From Octopus bimaculoides (taxonomy: Eukaryota), in contig NC_068984.1 in assembly GCF_001194135.2 (NCBI RefSeq), positions 24,325,671 to 24,389,670 on the forward strand: a stretch of DNA of 64,000 nt. Reading direction: 5' to 3'. Below, piece after piece: positions 11,439 through 23,924 of the stretch. A program made the position numbers and the translations under genes. The notes under the pieces were generated by a model. It saw nothing but the letters and a program-made list of their open reading frames with translations, was not told the origin of the DNA and did not search any database. How positions within the stretch are numbered: the first letter of the stretch is position 1; each line of letters opens with the position of its first letter.

Positions 11439-11884
11439 CGTGCGGCTACAGCTGCATTTGGATAAACACTGTACAACACAACAAAAATTAATAAAAAATG
11501 GTTTTGTTCCAGCTTTCGGTGCTCAACCGAAACCCTCCCATGAACAAAGCTGAGGTGGGAGGGGGGAGTGATTTAGAGAGTGAGAAGAGGGAGACAAAGA
11601 GAAAAGTTTCGATCAATTATTGCATTGGAAAGTGGGATAATCTCCAAAACATCATGGCATAATTGATTACAATAGAAATAGATATATTTGTTTGCATATA
11701 TGTAAGTAAATATTAGCTTTTAAATTCTGTTTACAGAATTTTTGATGGTGCATAAGTTATAAAACCACATATCTAAACACATTTATCAAAAGCATGTCTT
11801 TAAGATATGAACCCCAAAAATATAATGTTGAAATAAAACATCCTTGCACGAAGAATAAATAAACGCATTTCATGTGTGTGTATG

Positions 11885-11933
<49 letters not shown>

Positions 11934-12062
11934 GACCTGTGTGTTTTCTGTACTCTGTTTATCATTTTGTCCACGTTTTTTTGCAACGTCCTGTACCCAG
12001 ATATGCATCTATATATACATGTAGATGTAGGTATGTACATACATGTACTCAGTTATTATTTG

Positions 12063-12099
<37 letters not shown>

Positions 12100-12143
12100 T
12101 ATATACATACATACATACATACATACATACACACATATATATA

Positions 12144-12178
<35 letters not shown>

Positions 12179-12714
12179 CATGAATATATAAAAGGCAATT
12201 TTGATAAGGTAATAATACCTGACATGGAAATGTTCATTCTAATGACATAATTGATATCATCATCAGGTAAGAGATATCACTACCTGATAAATATAACTTC
12301 ATCCATTAATAACACTGAGGGTATTGAACTTTTCAGTTGAAGACATTTAGTTTTGTTTCACAAAAGAAATTGACAGAATATTAATATCTTCATTGTCTTA
12401 TTCCATTGTTTTCTATGTTAATATTGGTTAGATAGGTCTGAGAATTGAGATTTGATTGACTTTGTCAGCTCTGACTGAAACAGACTCGTTCAATCATATG
12501 TAACTGATATTGCACAAAGGGTCAATAGAATAAAGCACTAGTGTTAAGTACTGGGGGCAAGTTAATCACCTGATAGAAATCACCATCATCAATATCACCA
12601 CCACCACCATCACCACTGCCATGACAATCATCATCATCATTGTTGTTATTATTATCAACATCACTCAAGGCCTTGTGCTTAGAGTAGAAATAATAATTAT
12701 CAACTTCACTAAGG

Positions 12715-12915
12715 TGTCAAATTGGCAGAATCATTAGCATGCCAGACAAAATGCTTAGCAGCATTTGTTCAGCATTTACATTCTGAGTCGAAATGCTGCC
12801 AAGATCAGCTTTGCTTTTAACCCTATTGGGGTCAGTAAAATAAAGTATCACTTGAGCAATGGTCAGTGTAATTGATTAACACCATTCTCCTAAAATCTGC
12901 TGGCCTTATGCTACA
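12715..12915 (+). mobile_element. tRNA SINE (Meta-like core family)
   Basis: 'ttggcagaatcattagcatgccagacaaaatgcttagc...ctgagtcgaaatgctgccaagatcagctttgcttttaaccctattggggtcagtaaaataaagta'. Confidence 0.75.
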
Positions 12916-13220
12916 AAGCCTTATCAACATCACCGCTGTCACTACCACATATCACCAAAGGATAGGTTTTCAAAATTACCTTTGTCATGTTCCTGACTAC
13001 AATATCAATTTATTCTTTATATGATTTTAAATACACTTAAGACCATAAAGAGTGAAAATATAGTTGTTTTTGTGCATATTATATACATCACAATATGAAG
13101 ACAGAGTTGCAAGAGAGAAATATTAACCATCTGAACAAACCAAGGAATGAATGGGCCAATAAGAGAATTTCCACAAGGTGATTTAACGTCTTAATAATAG
13201 CAGCCAAATTTTCTTCAAAT

Positions 13221-13321
13221 GATCATCATCATCATTTAACGTCCACTTTCCATGCTAGCATGGGTTGGACGATTTGACTGAGGACTGGCAAGCCAGAAGG
13301 CTGCACCAGGCTCCAATCTGA
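13221..13321 (-). mobile_element. Short 5'-truncated RTE-type tail
   Basis: (CAT)n-ttaacgtccactttccatgctagcatgggttggacg...gctccaatctga. Confidence 0.9.
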
Positions 13322-13466
13322 TATATATCTATATATATAGTTGTTCAACTGATGATGATGATGAAGATGATGAACTACAGCAACAACATGATGAAGAAAA
13401 ATACAAAAATACAAAAGATTTCTTTGAAGGGAGCATAAATATAAAAGCACAGTTAATTGAAATGAT

Positions 13467-13505
<39 letters not shown>

Positions 13506-14014
13506 TTATTAGGAATTTTTACACACAACATTCTGTAATAAAATTTTTAAAAAAAGAGAAGGTTGATGTGTCATATCCCATGGACAGGAATACATCAATC
13601 AAAGAGACAATACTGAAACTGAAGTAGAAAGTTTTACAGATAGGCAGCGAGATCATTGTACATGGATACACTAGTGGACTCCTGTTGTTACAGGAACTCT
13701 AAAAGTTTTTGTAGTTGTTTAGCACCAAGACAGCTTTGATCGATGGGACCTATAATGAAAGATATTGGGAGCCATCAACACCCAGTCTTCTTTCATGAGT
13801 ATAATGTTCCCCAACATTTTTTTTTTTTTTGTGCTATTAAACTTATTTCTGACATTGAACTGAAGCTATGTTGTGGCATTGCCTTGGAGGGTTTTAGCCA
13901 AACGGATCAATCCCAGTGCTTATTTTCAAAGTCTAGTATTTATTGTTTTAGTTACCTTTTGCCCAAGTTACAGGCATGCAAACAAACCAATACCAGTTGT
14001 TAAATGGTAGGAAG

Positions 14015-14345
14015 ACAGATGTTGTTGGCACTATGTCGAGGGTTTCAGTTGATTCGATCAGTGGAACAGCCTGCTTGTGAAATTAACGTGCAAGTGGCTG
14101 AGTACTCCACAGACACGTGTACCCTTAACGTAGTTCTCGGGAATATTCAGCATGACAAAGTGTGACAAGGCTGACCCTTTGAATTACAGGCACAACAGAA
14201 ACAGGAAGAAAGAGTGAGAGAAAGTTGTGGTGGAAGAGTACAGCGGGGTTCGCCACCATCCCCTGCTGGAGCCTCGTGGAGCTTTAGGTATTTTCGCTCA
14301 ATAAACACTCACAACGCCCAGTCTGGGAATCAAAACCACTGGGCC
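14015..14345 (-). mobile_element. tRNA SINE with Deu/Nin-like central domain
   Basis: The minus strand has B-box-like 'ggttttgattcccagactgggcgttgtgagtgtttattgagcgaaaa' and 'gtctgtggagtactcagccacttgcacgttaatttcacaagcaggctgttcc', which resembles Deu/Nin domains as I recall them. Fragments also occur at ~15245-15330 and ~17815-17870. Confidence 0.65.
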
Positions 14346-14349
14346 ATTG

Positions 14350-14530
14350 CGCCTCCAGGAAGACAGATACAGACACCCATACACACACACTTCTGTCTAC
14401 TAAATCCATTCACAAGGCTTTGGGTGACCTGGAGCTATAGTAAGAAGATAATTGCCAAAGACGTCACACAGTGGGACTGAACCTGGAAAACATGTTGCTG
14501 GGAAGCAAACTTCTTACCACACACTCATGT
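14350..14530 (-). mobile_element. CORE-like SINE 5' half (OR2-like)
   Basis: 'ttctgtctactaaatccattcacaaggctttggg...gctatagtaagaag..gggactgaacctgg...gcaaacttcttaccacac'. Confidence 0.75.
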
Positions 14531-14812
14531 TCTTTTTAAAAATATTTAATCTAGTAGGGTGTGATTTGACAGACATTCATGTATTGTTTCTAGCAGGTTG
14601 GGTATAACACTCTTTTACTGAATACAAGACATTTTCACATAAAGAAATATTCTAAGAACCTTTCACATTTTCACCAGCTTGCTTTTGAAAGTAATTGAAA
14701 CATTAAAAGATGCACAAAATAAGCACCCATCTAGATAGTAAAATAATCCTTCAAAATGGCAATCACATCCACAGGAAATTATTGACCATTGGAGAAACTA
14801 TAATAGAACTAA

Positions 14813-15152
14813 AACAAGAGCACTTAGAGAGCACAAACCTCTGCCAAGGCAACACCAACATCCTCTCAGTGATTAGCCAGAGATGATTTTTAAAAATGAG
14901 AATATCTGAAATAAACTCAACTGCTCTCAAAAATTAAGTAAAAAAAGCCAGAAAAATAATCCAGAATCCTTGTCTGGTACCAGATCGATCCCAAAATCTA
15001 ATCAGTTTGTGCCAATCATGAGGCCAAACATCCCTGAAAGTTTCATCTGAATCCATCCAGCAGTTCTTGAGATATCTTGTCCACGGACAAACAAACAAAC
15101 AAACAAATACGACTGAAAACATACCTCCTCCTTCGCTAAGGCAGAGGTAATA
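14813..15152. mobile_element. Helentron-type non-autonomous element (HINE/DINE-like)
   Basis: Subterminal inverted repeat ACCTCTGCC (14837-14845) / GGCAGAGGT (15140-15148), internal (ACAA)n (~15088-15106), 3' hairpin tacctc..cctt-cgct-aagg..gaggta (15122-15149), and A-rich flanks. This is the known HINE architecture. Confidence 0.7.
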
Positions 15153-15340
15153 AAGTATAGACGAACCCTCTTCATTCTTAAATAAATTCTTTTAAAAACA
15201 AATCTCTCTAGATTTTAATAGTGACCATTCTAGTAGTTTGATCCATATAAGTGGTTGAGTACTCCACAGATTTGTATCCTTAACACAATCTTCAGGCAAA
15301 AATCAGCATAACAGAGTGTGTGACAAATCTAAACTTTTAA

Positions 15341-15552
15341 TCCTTCAGCATTGAGATTATTGCCAAATATAATGCTTGTTCATTCAAATTGTTTAAATCA
15401 ATCATGCATTATCTTGTAGCTTCAAGACTTCAATGATGTTATTGTTTATTTTTAGAATTATATTGTAGGGTAACTGTAAGAGGTCAGATCTGACTGGTTT
15501 GAACAGAAAACAGATATTTGGCAAGATATGGCCAGTTTAAATGCTAAAAGTA
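15341..15552. mobile_element. TTAA-type MITE, decayed
   Basis: TTAA|tccttcagcatt at the left end and aatgctaaaag at the right end (imperfect TIR). Confidence 0.4.
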
Positions 15553-15719
15553 CAGTTTATTTTATGGGTTTCTGTACAGTTTCCACTCCAATCCCAACCC
15601 AAATTTTACTCACAAGGTTTGAGTTGATCTGAGGATATAGGGACCTTGAGTTCACCCAAAGCCTTGGTAAAAGATATTTGTTCAAGAAGTCATTGTAGTG
15701 GAATCAAATTTGGGAACAT

Positions 15720-15930
15720 GGAGGTGCATGGCTTAGTGGTTAAGATGATGGACTTATGATCATAAGATTATGGTTTTGATTCCTGGACTGGGCAACATGT
15801 TGTGTTCTTGAGCAAAGCATTTCATTTTACATTGCTGCAGTCCACTTAGCTGGCAAAAATGAGTAATCCTGCAATGGACTGGCATCATATCCAGGTAGGG
15901 GATATATATATGCCATGAAACCAGCCCTTA
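15720..15930 (+). mobile_element. tRNA SINE with CORE-like and V-like segments
   Basis: A box 'ggcttagtggttaag', B box 'ggttttgattcctgg', 'gttgtgttcttgagcaaagcatttcatttt', 'cctgcaatggactggcatcatatccagg'. Same family as 27005-27230, 25920-26155 and 22340-22490. Confidence 0.75.
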
Positions 15931-16696
15931 TCAGTTGGTCTGACCCAAGAAGGTAATTTTACCTTTACTTTTTAAACTTGGGAGTGCATGTTTCTAAAGT
16001 AAACTTGTTCACTATATTCAGCCATAACTGTACCCTGCTAAGTATACATAAGATACACAGGCAGAAACACACAAAGATAATGTAATTAATTATTATGTAT
16101 ATTGTGGGAACCTAGCCAATACCCAAGATTGATTATAACAATCTGGTATGGTGCAAAGTAAAACAAGACACACTTTCACACACACACACACTCTCACATG
16201 CGCAAACATGTACACACACATACACAAAAAAATAAATAAGCTGAAAGAAAATATAATAATGATGATAATAATGATAATAATGGTGATGGCAGTGAGGGCA
16301 ACAACGATGATGATGATGATGATGATGATAACGAATTCTGTCATAATAGAGAGGGTGAAGTTTTTACTCGTTATTTTATTGATTAGCTCACAGTGTAATT
16401 GACTAGCCCCTTCATGAAATACACACAAATATTAAGCTTGCATAATCCTAAGTCAAAACATATTGACAAGTGGATATACTTAGAAAATAAATCTGAGTCG
16501 CAGTGTTTGTGGTGATCTCAAAGGTCACCACACACACACACACACACACACACATAATTACATCCATATATCATGTGTCTGATTGAGTAGTCTACTGACA
16601 ACTATGATATTGATTATTTTGATTTTTTTTTTACATGACACACAAAGGTCATGAGATTCATTCATTTTTTTTTTTATCTCTTTGTTTGCTTATTTA

Positions 16697-16987
16697 TTTA
16701 TGTGCCCCTGGACTGGCCCTTGTGCAGGTGGCACGTAAAATACACCATTTCGAGCGTGGCCGTTGCCAGTACCCGCCTGACTGGCCTTCGTGCCGGTGGC
16801 ACGTAAAAGCACCCACTACACTCTCGGAGTGGTTGGCGTTAGGAAGGGCATCCAACTGTAGAAACTCTGCCAAATCAGATTGGAGCCTGGTGTTGCCATC
16901 CGGTTTCACCAGTCCTCAGTCAAATTGTCCAACCCATGCCAGCATGGAAAGCGGACGTTAAACGACGATGATGATGATGCTGATGAT
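16697..16987 (+). mobile_element. Young RTE-type 3' UTR/tail copy
   Basis: Near-consensus 'gtgccggtggcacgtaaaagcacccactacactctcggagtggttggcgttaggaagggcatcc...ccatgccagcatggaaagcggacgttaaacgacgatgatg'. Confidence 0.92.
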
Positions 16988-17074
16988 TTTTGCTTGGTCT
17001 GGAGGAAGCAGCTGTGCCTTTGGCCTTCACAGGCCCCCAGGTAACATGCCATTAATATTTCACTGAAACAAGGT

Positions 17075-17270
17075 GGTGTGCTTGTTAGCACGCCGGGCAA
17101 AATGCTTGGTAGCATCTTTTACACACTAATGTTCAAATTCTGCCAAGGTCAACTTTGCCTTTTATCCTTTCAGAGTCAATAAAATAAATACAAGTTGAGT
17201 ACTGGGGTCAATGTAATCAACTTACTGCCTACTCTGAAATTGCTGGCCTTGGGCCAAAAATTTAAAATCA
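17075..17270 (+). mobile_element. tRNA SINE (Meta-like core family)
   Basis: 'gttagcacgccgggcaaaatgctt...gttcaaattctgccaaggtcaactttgccttttatcctttcagagtcaataaaataaataca..gtactggggtcaat'. Confidence 0.8.
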
Positions 17271-17274
17271 ATAT

Positions 17275-17660
17275 TTCACTGAAATAGTTCCAAGTCAACA
17301 TCTGCAGGAAAGATATGTCAAAGGAGTGAATTCCAGAGGGTTGATGCTCTGAGAATCCAAAAGGTTGATGCTGTACCAACCAATACACTGAGCAGCACAG
17401 GAGAACATAGAGCTAAAACAAGAGATACTCTGAGAAGAAAGGATGGAACAAATTGGTTGGAGAGGGAGGGGCTGAAAGATTGAATGATGATGGGAGCAGA
17501 GATCAGTGAGTGACAAGTGCCAAGTCTGAGGAATAGAGAGCATTGTAGTAGTGGCAGAAAAGACAGAGAAAGAAAACAGCACAGTTGTGGGCCAGAGATT
17601 GAAGCAACAAATTCCAACCTCCAATCACATCCTTGAAATCTTGAAGCTATGAGATAATGC
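17275..17660 (-). mobile_element. CR1/L2-type LINE 3' end relic
   Basis: The minus strand ends ...ASTLWNSLL*HIFPADVDLELFQ*, matching the LWNSLP..VFP...DL..FK C-terminal motif of CR1/L2-group RT ORFs. Confidence 0.55.
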
Positions 17661-19319
17661 ATGATTGATTCTAAACAATGTGAATCAACAAGTATTATAT
17701 CTGACAGAATAATCTGAATGAGTAAGTGTATACCAATTCTTCAAGGGGCCTTTCTTTAGATTCAGTCAAGGATGTTTGTGTGAGTGTATAAAAAAATAAC
17801 TGGTTCTCCATCAGTTATAACAAATGTTACAGTTGATCTAACCAATGGAACAGCCTGCTCATAAAAAGTTAATTATACTGCTCCCAGTGCTCAATAGGTA
17901 CTTATTTTGTCAACCCTGAAAGGATGAAGGGTAAAGTTGACCTCAGCGGAAAATGAACCCAGAACATGAAGATAGACAAAATGCTGCTAAGCATTTTACT
18001 CAGCATGTAAACGATTTTACCAGCTTGTCACCTCACATGTTTATAATATTGGTGTCAAATTTTGGCACAAGGTCAGCGATTTGGGGGGAAGGATCAAGTC
18101 GATTACATCGAACTCAGTTGCTCAGCTGGTACTTATTTGGGTGAAATGCTGCTAAGTATATTGCCCAACATACTAACAATTCTACCAGCATACCACCCAA
18201 AGTTCATGCTGACAAATATGGGAGGTTACAAACTCATGCTACAATATTCAATGTGTTTATATTACAAAACTACAGCAGAAAACCAGGTTAGGTTTATGTC
18301 ATATATTGTTGTTGTTAGCCTTGATTCAGTCTCAACAGACTTGAAATATGTTCAAAGGTGTTCTGTCCACAACCATCCATCTTTTAATCAGTATTTTACC
18401 AGGAAAATAAATATATGATGTTTCCTTGATGTAGTGGTTAGCACAGCTATATGCCTACAACAGACATGTGGTTCTATTCCCATTGGCGATGTTACAATGT
18501 TTATTTCCATCTTCTTTACATGATATAGATGTACAACCTGGTGAGTTGCATATCAATATGTTTTTCTAAAGCTACAAGCTCTGCAATTCAGAGCATATTA
18601 GACAGAGCATATCTTCAATGACAACTTGAAGTAAAAAAAAAAAAAGTCACTTAAAAGAGCACTACAGAACAAGAGAAGAAAACATTGAATCACAATAAAT
18701 AATCTAAATAACTGACAAAATATGAAGTAAACAATCTCCTAAAATAATATATAAATATAGCGAAAGAGAGAGGAAGACAGACAGAAATAGNNNNNNNNNN
18801 NNNNNNNNNNNNNNNNNNNNNNNNNNNNNNNNNNNNNNNNNNNNNNNNNNNNNNNNNNNNNNNNNNNNNNNNNNNNNNNNNNATATATATATATATAGGA
18901 AGAATGAGATCGAGAGAGAGCAAAAAAAGAAAGAGTGTGTGTGTGGAAGAGCAGTCCTCTAATTTTGGGTGTGACTTCTAAGATTTCAGCCATCAAGATG
19001 GTTTACTGACATTGCATCCGCAGCCGGCTAGTGATGCAGTTCCATCTTCCTGAGGCTATTAGACAAAGACGTTGCAGAACTGAAACAATCAACAATGTAC
19101 TGAGCATTCACTGATGTATGAACTACAAAGGCAACTATCATCAGCAAATGTGAGAATCAATAAGTAGATCTATATAAATAGATGCACTGACAAGCAACCC
19201 TCTAGGCAGTCACTTGCTCTGCTAGAAATATCAACCAAATCTCCTTCAATTTATACCCTACTGTCTAAAATAAACAAAGGAAGAATAGTCTCATTCTATT
19301 CACACTTCAGTAAGAATGC

Positions 19320-19620
19320 CATTGCCTGTGTGGTGAAAACCACTCCTCCGTATAACCAATGAAAATAAACTTCACAAATTATTCAACAGGAATAATATAT
19401 AAAACAGTTATTCTACAATCTCTTCTACAAGAAAGATAATTTTTTTCAGCTAGACAAATGTAGTTGTTTGAAGCAATGACTTGTGTCCCAGTGCATGAGT
19501 AACTACATCATGTATCGGGCTACTATAATTGATGGAAAACTGTAGCATGATATTTTACATTGGTCTAACAGAACATTCATTCAAGAATAGATCGTACTGC
19601 CACAGATATGCCAAAAAAAT
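19320..19620 (+). mobile_element. Penelope-like element GIY-YIG endonuclease relic
   Basis: KCSCLKQ*LVSQCMSNYIMYRATI / frameshift / YIGLTEHSFKNRSYCH resembles C.C....C....C....I.Y.ATV...YIGLTE..FK.RY..H. Upstream TPPYN resembles the (W)FNPPY motif. Confidence 0.5.
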
Positions 19621-20499
19621 ACTAATAAATAAACAAAAGTGAGTCTGTTCACATTACAGTGAAATTTATGTCTAACCAAAAAGTATATTATAGATGTCCT
19701 CACATCAATAGACAAAAGAACAGAATTAATTGTGATTAGTTGACACAGTAGAAAATTTTGTTATTTTTTCAAGGTGATGAACATAGCAAAGGTGGGTGAT
19801 GTTACACACTTATCCTTTGCTACTCATACTACTTACAAACGTTCACTGAAAATCAGTGTATCAAATTTCAAAATACTAGCATAAAACTATGATACTGAAG
19901 TTAAGTATAAACACAAAATACTTACACATGATTATTTACTTATTACATTTTTACATATGTTTCAGTAATAATCATAAACTGATCACATAAAATTAATCTT
20001 ATGCCTTCTTTTATCACACAATTCATTAGAAGTTGCGATGAGATGACTAAATAATTTCAAAGTAGCCTTGTATACATATATGTATATATATTAATCGAAG
20101 TGTACGGTATTAAATATCCATTACAGTTTTGCGCTAGGGGTTCAATGGAATTGAGATATTCTTTGTAGTTTGGATCTGGGATACAGACATAATGGATATA
20201 TAACACTGTACACTTTGATTAATATACCCACTCTACTGACAGATATATAATTGCAATTTTTCTGACTCCATGAACTCTTAGATGGCATACATACATGTAT
20301 ATATACACTTACATACATGTATAGAAATATATATGTGTATAAGCTTTGCCTATCAACTGAAAGAATCTCTTGGTAATTGAGTGTGTGTTTGTGTCTCCAT
20401 ACTTGATATCACAAGATGTCGTTTTATTGCCTGTAAAATGGTACATAATAAAAAAAAAACTTTGAACAGTGATGTGGTAAATTTTCAGTTTCAAATGAG

Positions 20500-20745
20500 T
20501 GTGTGTTTGTGTGTACTCTAGTCTAGACATTACATGGCAGTTGAATATCATTGTTGTTGTCGTCGTCATCATCATACAAGTGAGGTTGTTCATTTCCAGT
20601 CTTCCGACTATGGGAAATATCACCCTGCTTGGAATCAAGTGAGTGTTGGTGACAGGAAGGGCATCCAGCCATAGAATATTCTGTTTCAGCATACTCTATC
20701 CAATCCGTGCAAGCATGGAAAAGTGGATGTTAAATGGTGGAAATG
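20500..20745 (+). mobile_element. SINE 3' part: (GT)n, body, variant RTE-type tail
   Basis: 'gtgttggtgacaggaagggcatccagccatag...caagcatggaaaagtggatgttaaat'. The body is related to the reverse complement of 55507-55750. Confidence 0.6.
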
Positions 20746-20924
20746 ATAAATGACATATTTATATGCTCATGGGTTTAATTTTCATCTATAAATAAAAACA
20801 AGATGTAACATCTTGTTATGTGCAGAAGGAGACTAATTCTTTATTGCTCATTTGTTGAAACTAACGAGTATGTTGTAATGATAAAAGTTCATTGTAGCAA
20901 GTAGTGATATCTTTTGTTTTATCT

Positions 20925-21235
20925 TTTACTTGTTTCAGACATTAGACTATGACCATGCAGTGGACACTATCTCAAAGATACTTATTGTCTATTAAGTCTG
21001 GTACTTATTCTATCAGTTTCTTTTGCTGAACCACTAAGTCACAGAGACATGAACAAACCAACACCAATGTCAGTGGGGGTGGGGGTCAAACACACACACA
21101 CACACACACACACACTTCCACCACAACCAAGACACTAGTCAGTTCAGGGTTATTGTAGAAATCACTAGCTCAAGGTTTCACACAGTTGGCCCAAACTCAA
21201 AGGAAGCTTCTAACCACACGGCTATACCTGCGCCT
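20925..21235 (-). mobile_element. CORE-like tRNA SINE (OR2-like) with internal (CA)n
   Basis: Tail 'ttttacttgtttcagacattagactatgaccatgc', centre 'gtacttattctatcagtttcttttgctgaaccactaag', head 'ttctaaccacacggctatacctgcgccta'. Confidence 0.8.
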
Positions 21236-21789
21236 ACACATAACTTAGAAGGAAAAGGACCTTGAACTGAGAATGAAATAAAAGGTAGCACATTAAAACC
21301 TTGTTAACAGTACATTTGTGAATGGAAAGATGCCAGTGAGTTTGTTGTTGTTGTTGTTGCTTCCTTTTGCTTTGTCTTGTTTCTTTTATATAACCTTGAA
21401 TTGCCATTAACATTTATATAATATGAGATATTGTTTTATATTAAAATCTTAACCCCATTAATACACACACAAACACATATAAATAATCTTTAAAACAGTT
21501 TGATTCTCCTCCATATGAAAATTTTGCAGGCTTCTTACAGAAAGCTAGATCATTCAGGCTTGGCCGAAATTGTGTTTGACCCTCTGGCCAATAACTGAAG
21601 AGGAATTGGTGACCTTCTGTGTTTTCTGTTCATCGGTGTATTTAGTGTATGTTCATATGTTTATTACTACACAATTTTAAAAATTATATATATATATATA
21701 TATATACAAATATACAGGTATGTCATATTTTCCATTTGTTGTCTTATTTAATCCTGAGAATATATACATATGTAAATGCATTCTTTTAT

Positions 21790-22170
21790 TCTTTTATTTG
21801 TTTCAGTCATTTGATTGCGGCCGTGCTGGAGCATCGCCTTTAGCTGAACAGGTCAATCCCAGGACTTATTCTTTGTAAACCTAGTACTTATTATTCTATC
21901 AGTCTCTTGCCAAACCGCTAGGTTACAGGGATGTAAACACACTAACATCGGTTATCAAGTGACGGTGGAGGAATAAACATACACACACACACATATGTAT
22001 ACACAACAGGCTTCTTCCAGTTTCCGCCTACCAAATCCATTCACAAGGCTTTGGTTGGCCTGAGGCTATAATAGAAGACACTTGCCCAAGGTGCCATGCA
22101 GTGGAACTGAACCTGGAACCATGTGGTTGGTAAGCAAGCTGTTTACTACACAGTCACGCCTGCGCCTATA
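21790..22170 (-). mobile_element. CORE-like tRNA SINE (OR2-like), near full length
   Basis: From 'tgtttcagtcatttgattgcggccgtgctggagcatcgcc' to 'ggaactgaacctggaaccatgtggttggtaagcaagctg...cacgcctgcgccta'; the reverse complement of 23925-24288. Confidence 0.9.
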
Positions 22171-23924
22171 NNNNNNNNNNATATATATATCTTTTTCTTT
22201 CCTTGTTTCAGTCATTGAACTGTGATTATGCTGGGGTACCACCTTGAATGGTTTTAACTTAACAAAATGGGCCCAGTATTTCTTTTTCTTAGGACTGATA
22301 CTTATTCATCTTCTGTTATAGATTTATATTGTTCTACTAAAGGCACATAGCCTAATAGTTAGAATATTGGGCTCACAATCACAAAGTTATGGATTTGATT
22401 CCTGGATCAAGCATTGACTCGTGTCCTTAAGCAAGGCATTTCATTTCACACTACTTCAGTTTATTCAGCTGAAATGAGTAGCAACCCTTTCTCCTTCCAA
22501 TTCCCACATACTTAATGTTTGACCAGATGAAAGGTAGGAGGGCCAAGGGAGTGTCTATGCCTGCTCATGACCACAAAAGCACTTAAAGACATTCAGTAAA
22601 AGCATGGTATATGCTACAAGTCATTCTTGATTCTAAGTAATAGTTGTTATTTATAGTATTCTAATTACATATAAATTAATAATTGTAGATACACTTGCAG
22701 ATGTGTCATTGTTATAGTTGATTTTTTTTTAATGTATTAATAAATATTGTGTTTCTATGTACATTTCTGTTGGGAAAACCAAAGTGTAGTTATATGTTTC
22801 TGTATGTAAGTGTATAATTGCAAAAATTCTCCATTATAGTTCTATATTCATGAGATGCGACCTTATCGATATTCACAAGAAAATGGTCTTCTATGGATCT
22901 ATGAATAATGATTCATTAATGATGAATAAATAAATGTAGTACATGTTCAACGCCAACAGGATATTCAATAGAAAAATATTAATTTTTCTCATAGGCACAA
23001 GGTTTGAAATTGATATGGTATGAAGAATGAAGTATTGTGACATGAATGTCTCTGAAATGGGCATTAGAATTAGAATAATTGGGATTATAGGTAAATATAT
23101 GGTGTAAATGAAAACAAAATATCTAAAATAAATCGCTCAGCTGAAAGAAAATGAGTTTCAATCTTCCAGTCTATATATATCTTATAATTTTTATATCTGA
23201 TTTGCATTTCGATTCTGTATGCATTTTCCTTCTAAATAAGAACGTATATATATATTCATTATAATAAATAAAAGTAAGATATAGCTATTATGCATGAAAA
23301 TTTATCACTTTCCTTTTAATTCTATTTCAGATAAATAGAAGCACATAAAAAGACATCTGCTTCATTGGTAAGCATTCATTCATAAACAATCTACAATCTT
23401 TTGTCTAAAGTTCTACTACACTCTCTCTCTCTCTCTGTATTCTTTACTTTTATCACAATGGCTTGTTCTACATCTATTACACTCCCGCACCAAAACCACT
23501 GTGATGTATCAGTCACCTCTTCTTCTACTGTAATTACCATGTTGCACTAATCCTCTTCAATACAACAATATTCCACAAGAATTTCTTGTTTAGTCTACCC
23601 AAGTTTTCCCATTTCATCCTAAGCTGTACTAGTTCAGAATAAACAGCATCTGCACTAACTTCATTAAGTTATACCTTTTATAGCTCTGTTTAGGAAGGCC
23701 TGAAAAAGATGTGGGCTTTGCCCATCTTCTCAAACTAACAAAGCAAACATATGAGAGAGTAAAAGCAAATAACTAACTGAATGACAAACTCCATTTTTAG
23801 AATTGGTTTTAAAGAATCATAATTTACAGTTAAAACAATACAAACTATTGAGAAATGTATGAAGTATAAAATCTACTTTTCAGCCCTCCCATCACTAAGA
23901 AGTTTTATAACTATCATATTTGGT

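Noticed and set aside
12255-12295. 8-bp inverted repeat atcaggta/tacctgat around a GTAAGA donor-like site
   Set aside because: It is too short to be significant, and no open exon precedes it.
16770-16815. Twister-ribozyme-like look of the RTE module (CCGCCUGAC..UGCCGGU..UAAAAG); twisters are reported in RTE-clade elements of Schistosoma
   Set aside because: The UCCCAAGC loop and the downstream GAGGG pseudoknot partner, which I recall as essential, are absent. The similarity is superficial.
18420-18495. tRNA-like sequence (tgtagtggttagc...ggttctattccc)
   Set aside because: It cannot fold into a cloverleaf; it is a decayed SINE head, not a tRNA gene.
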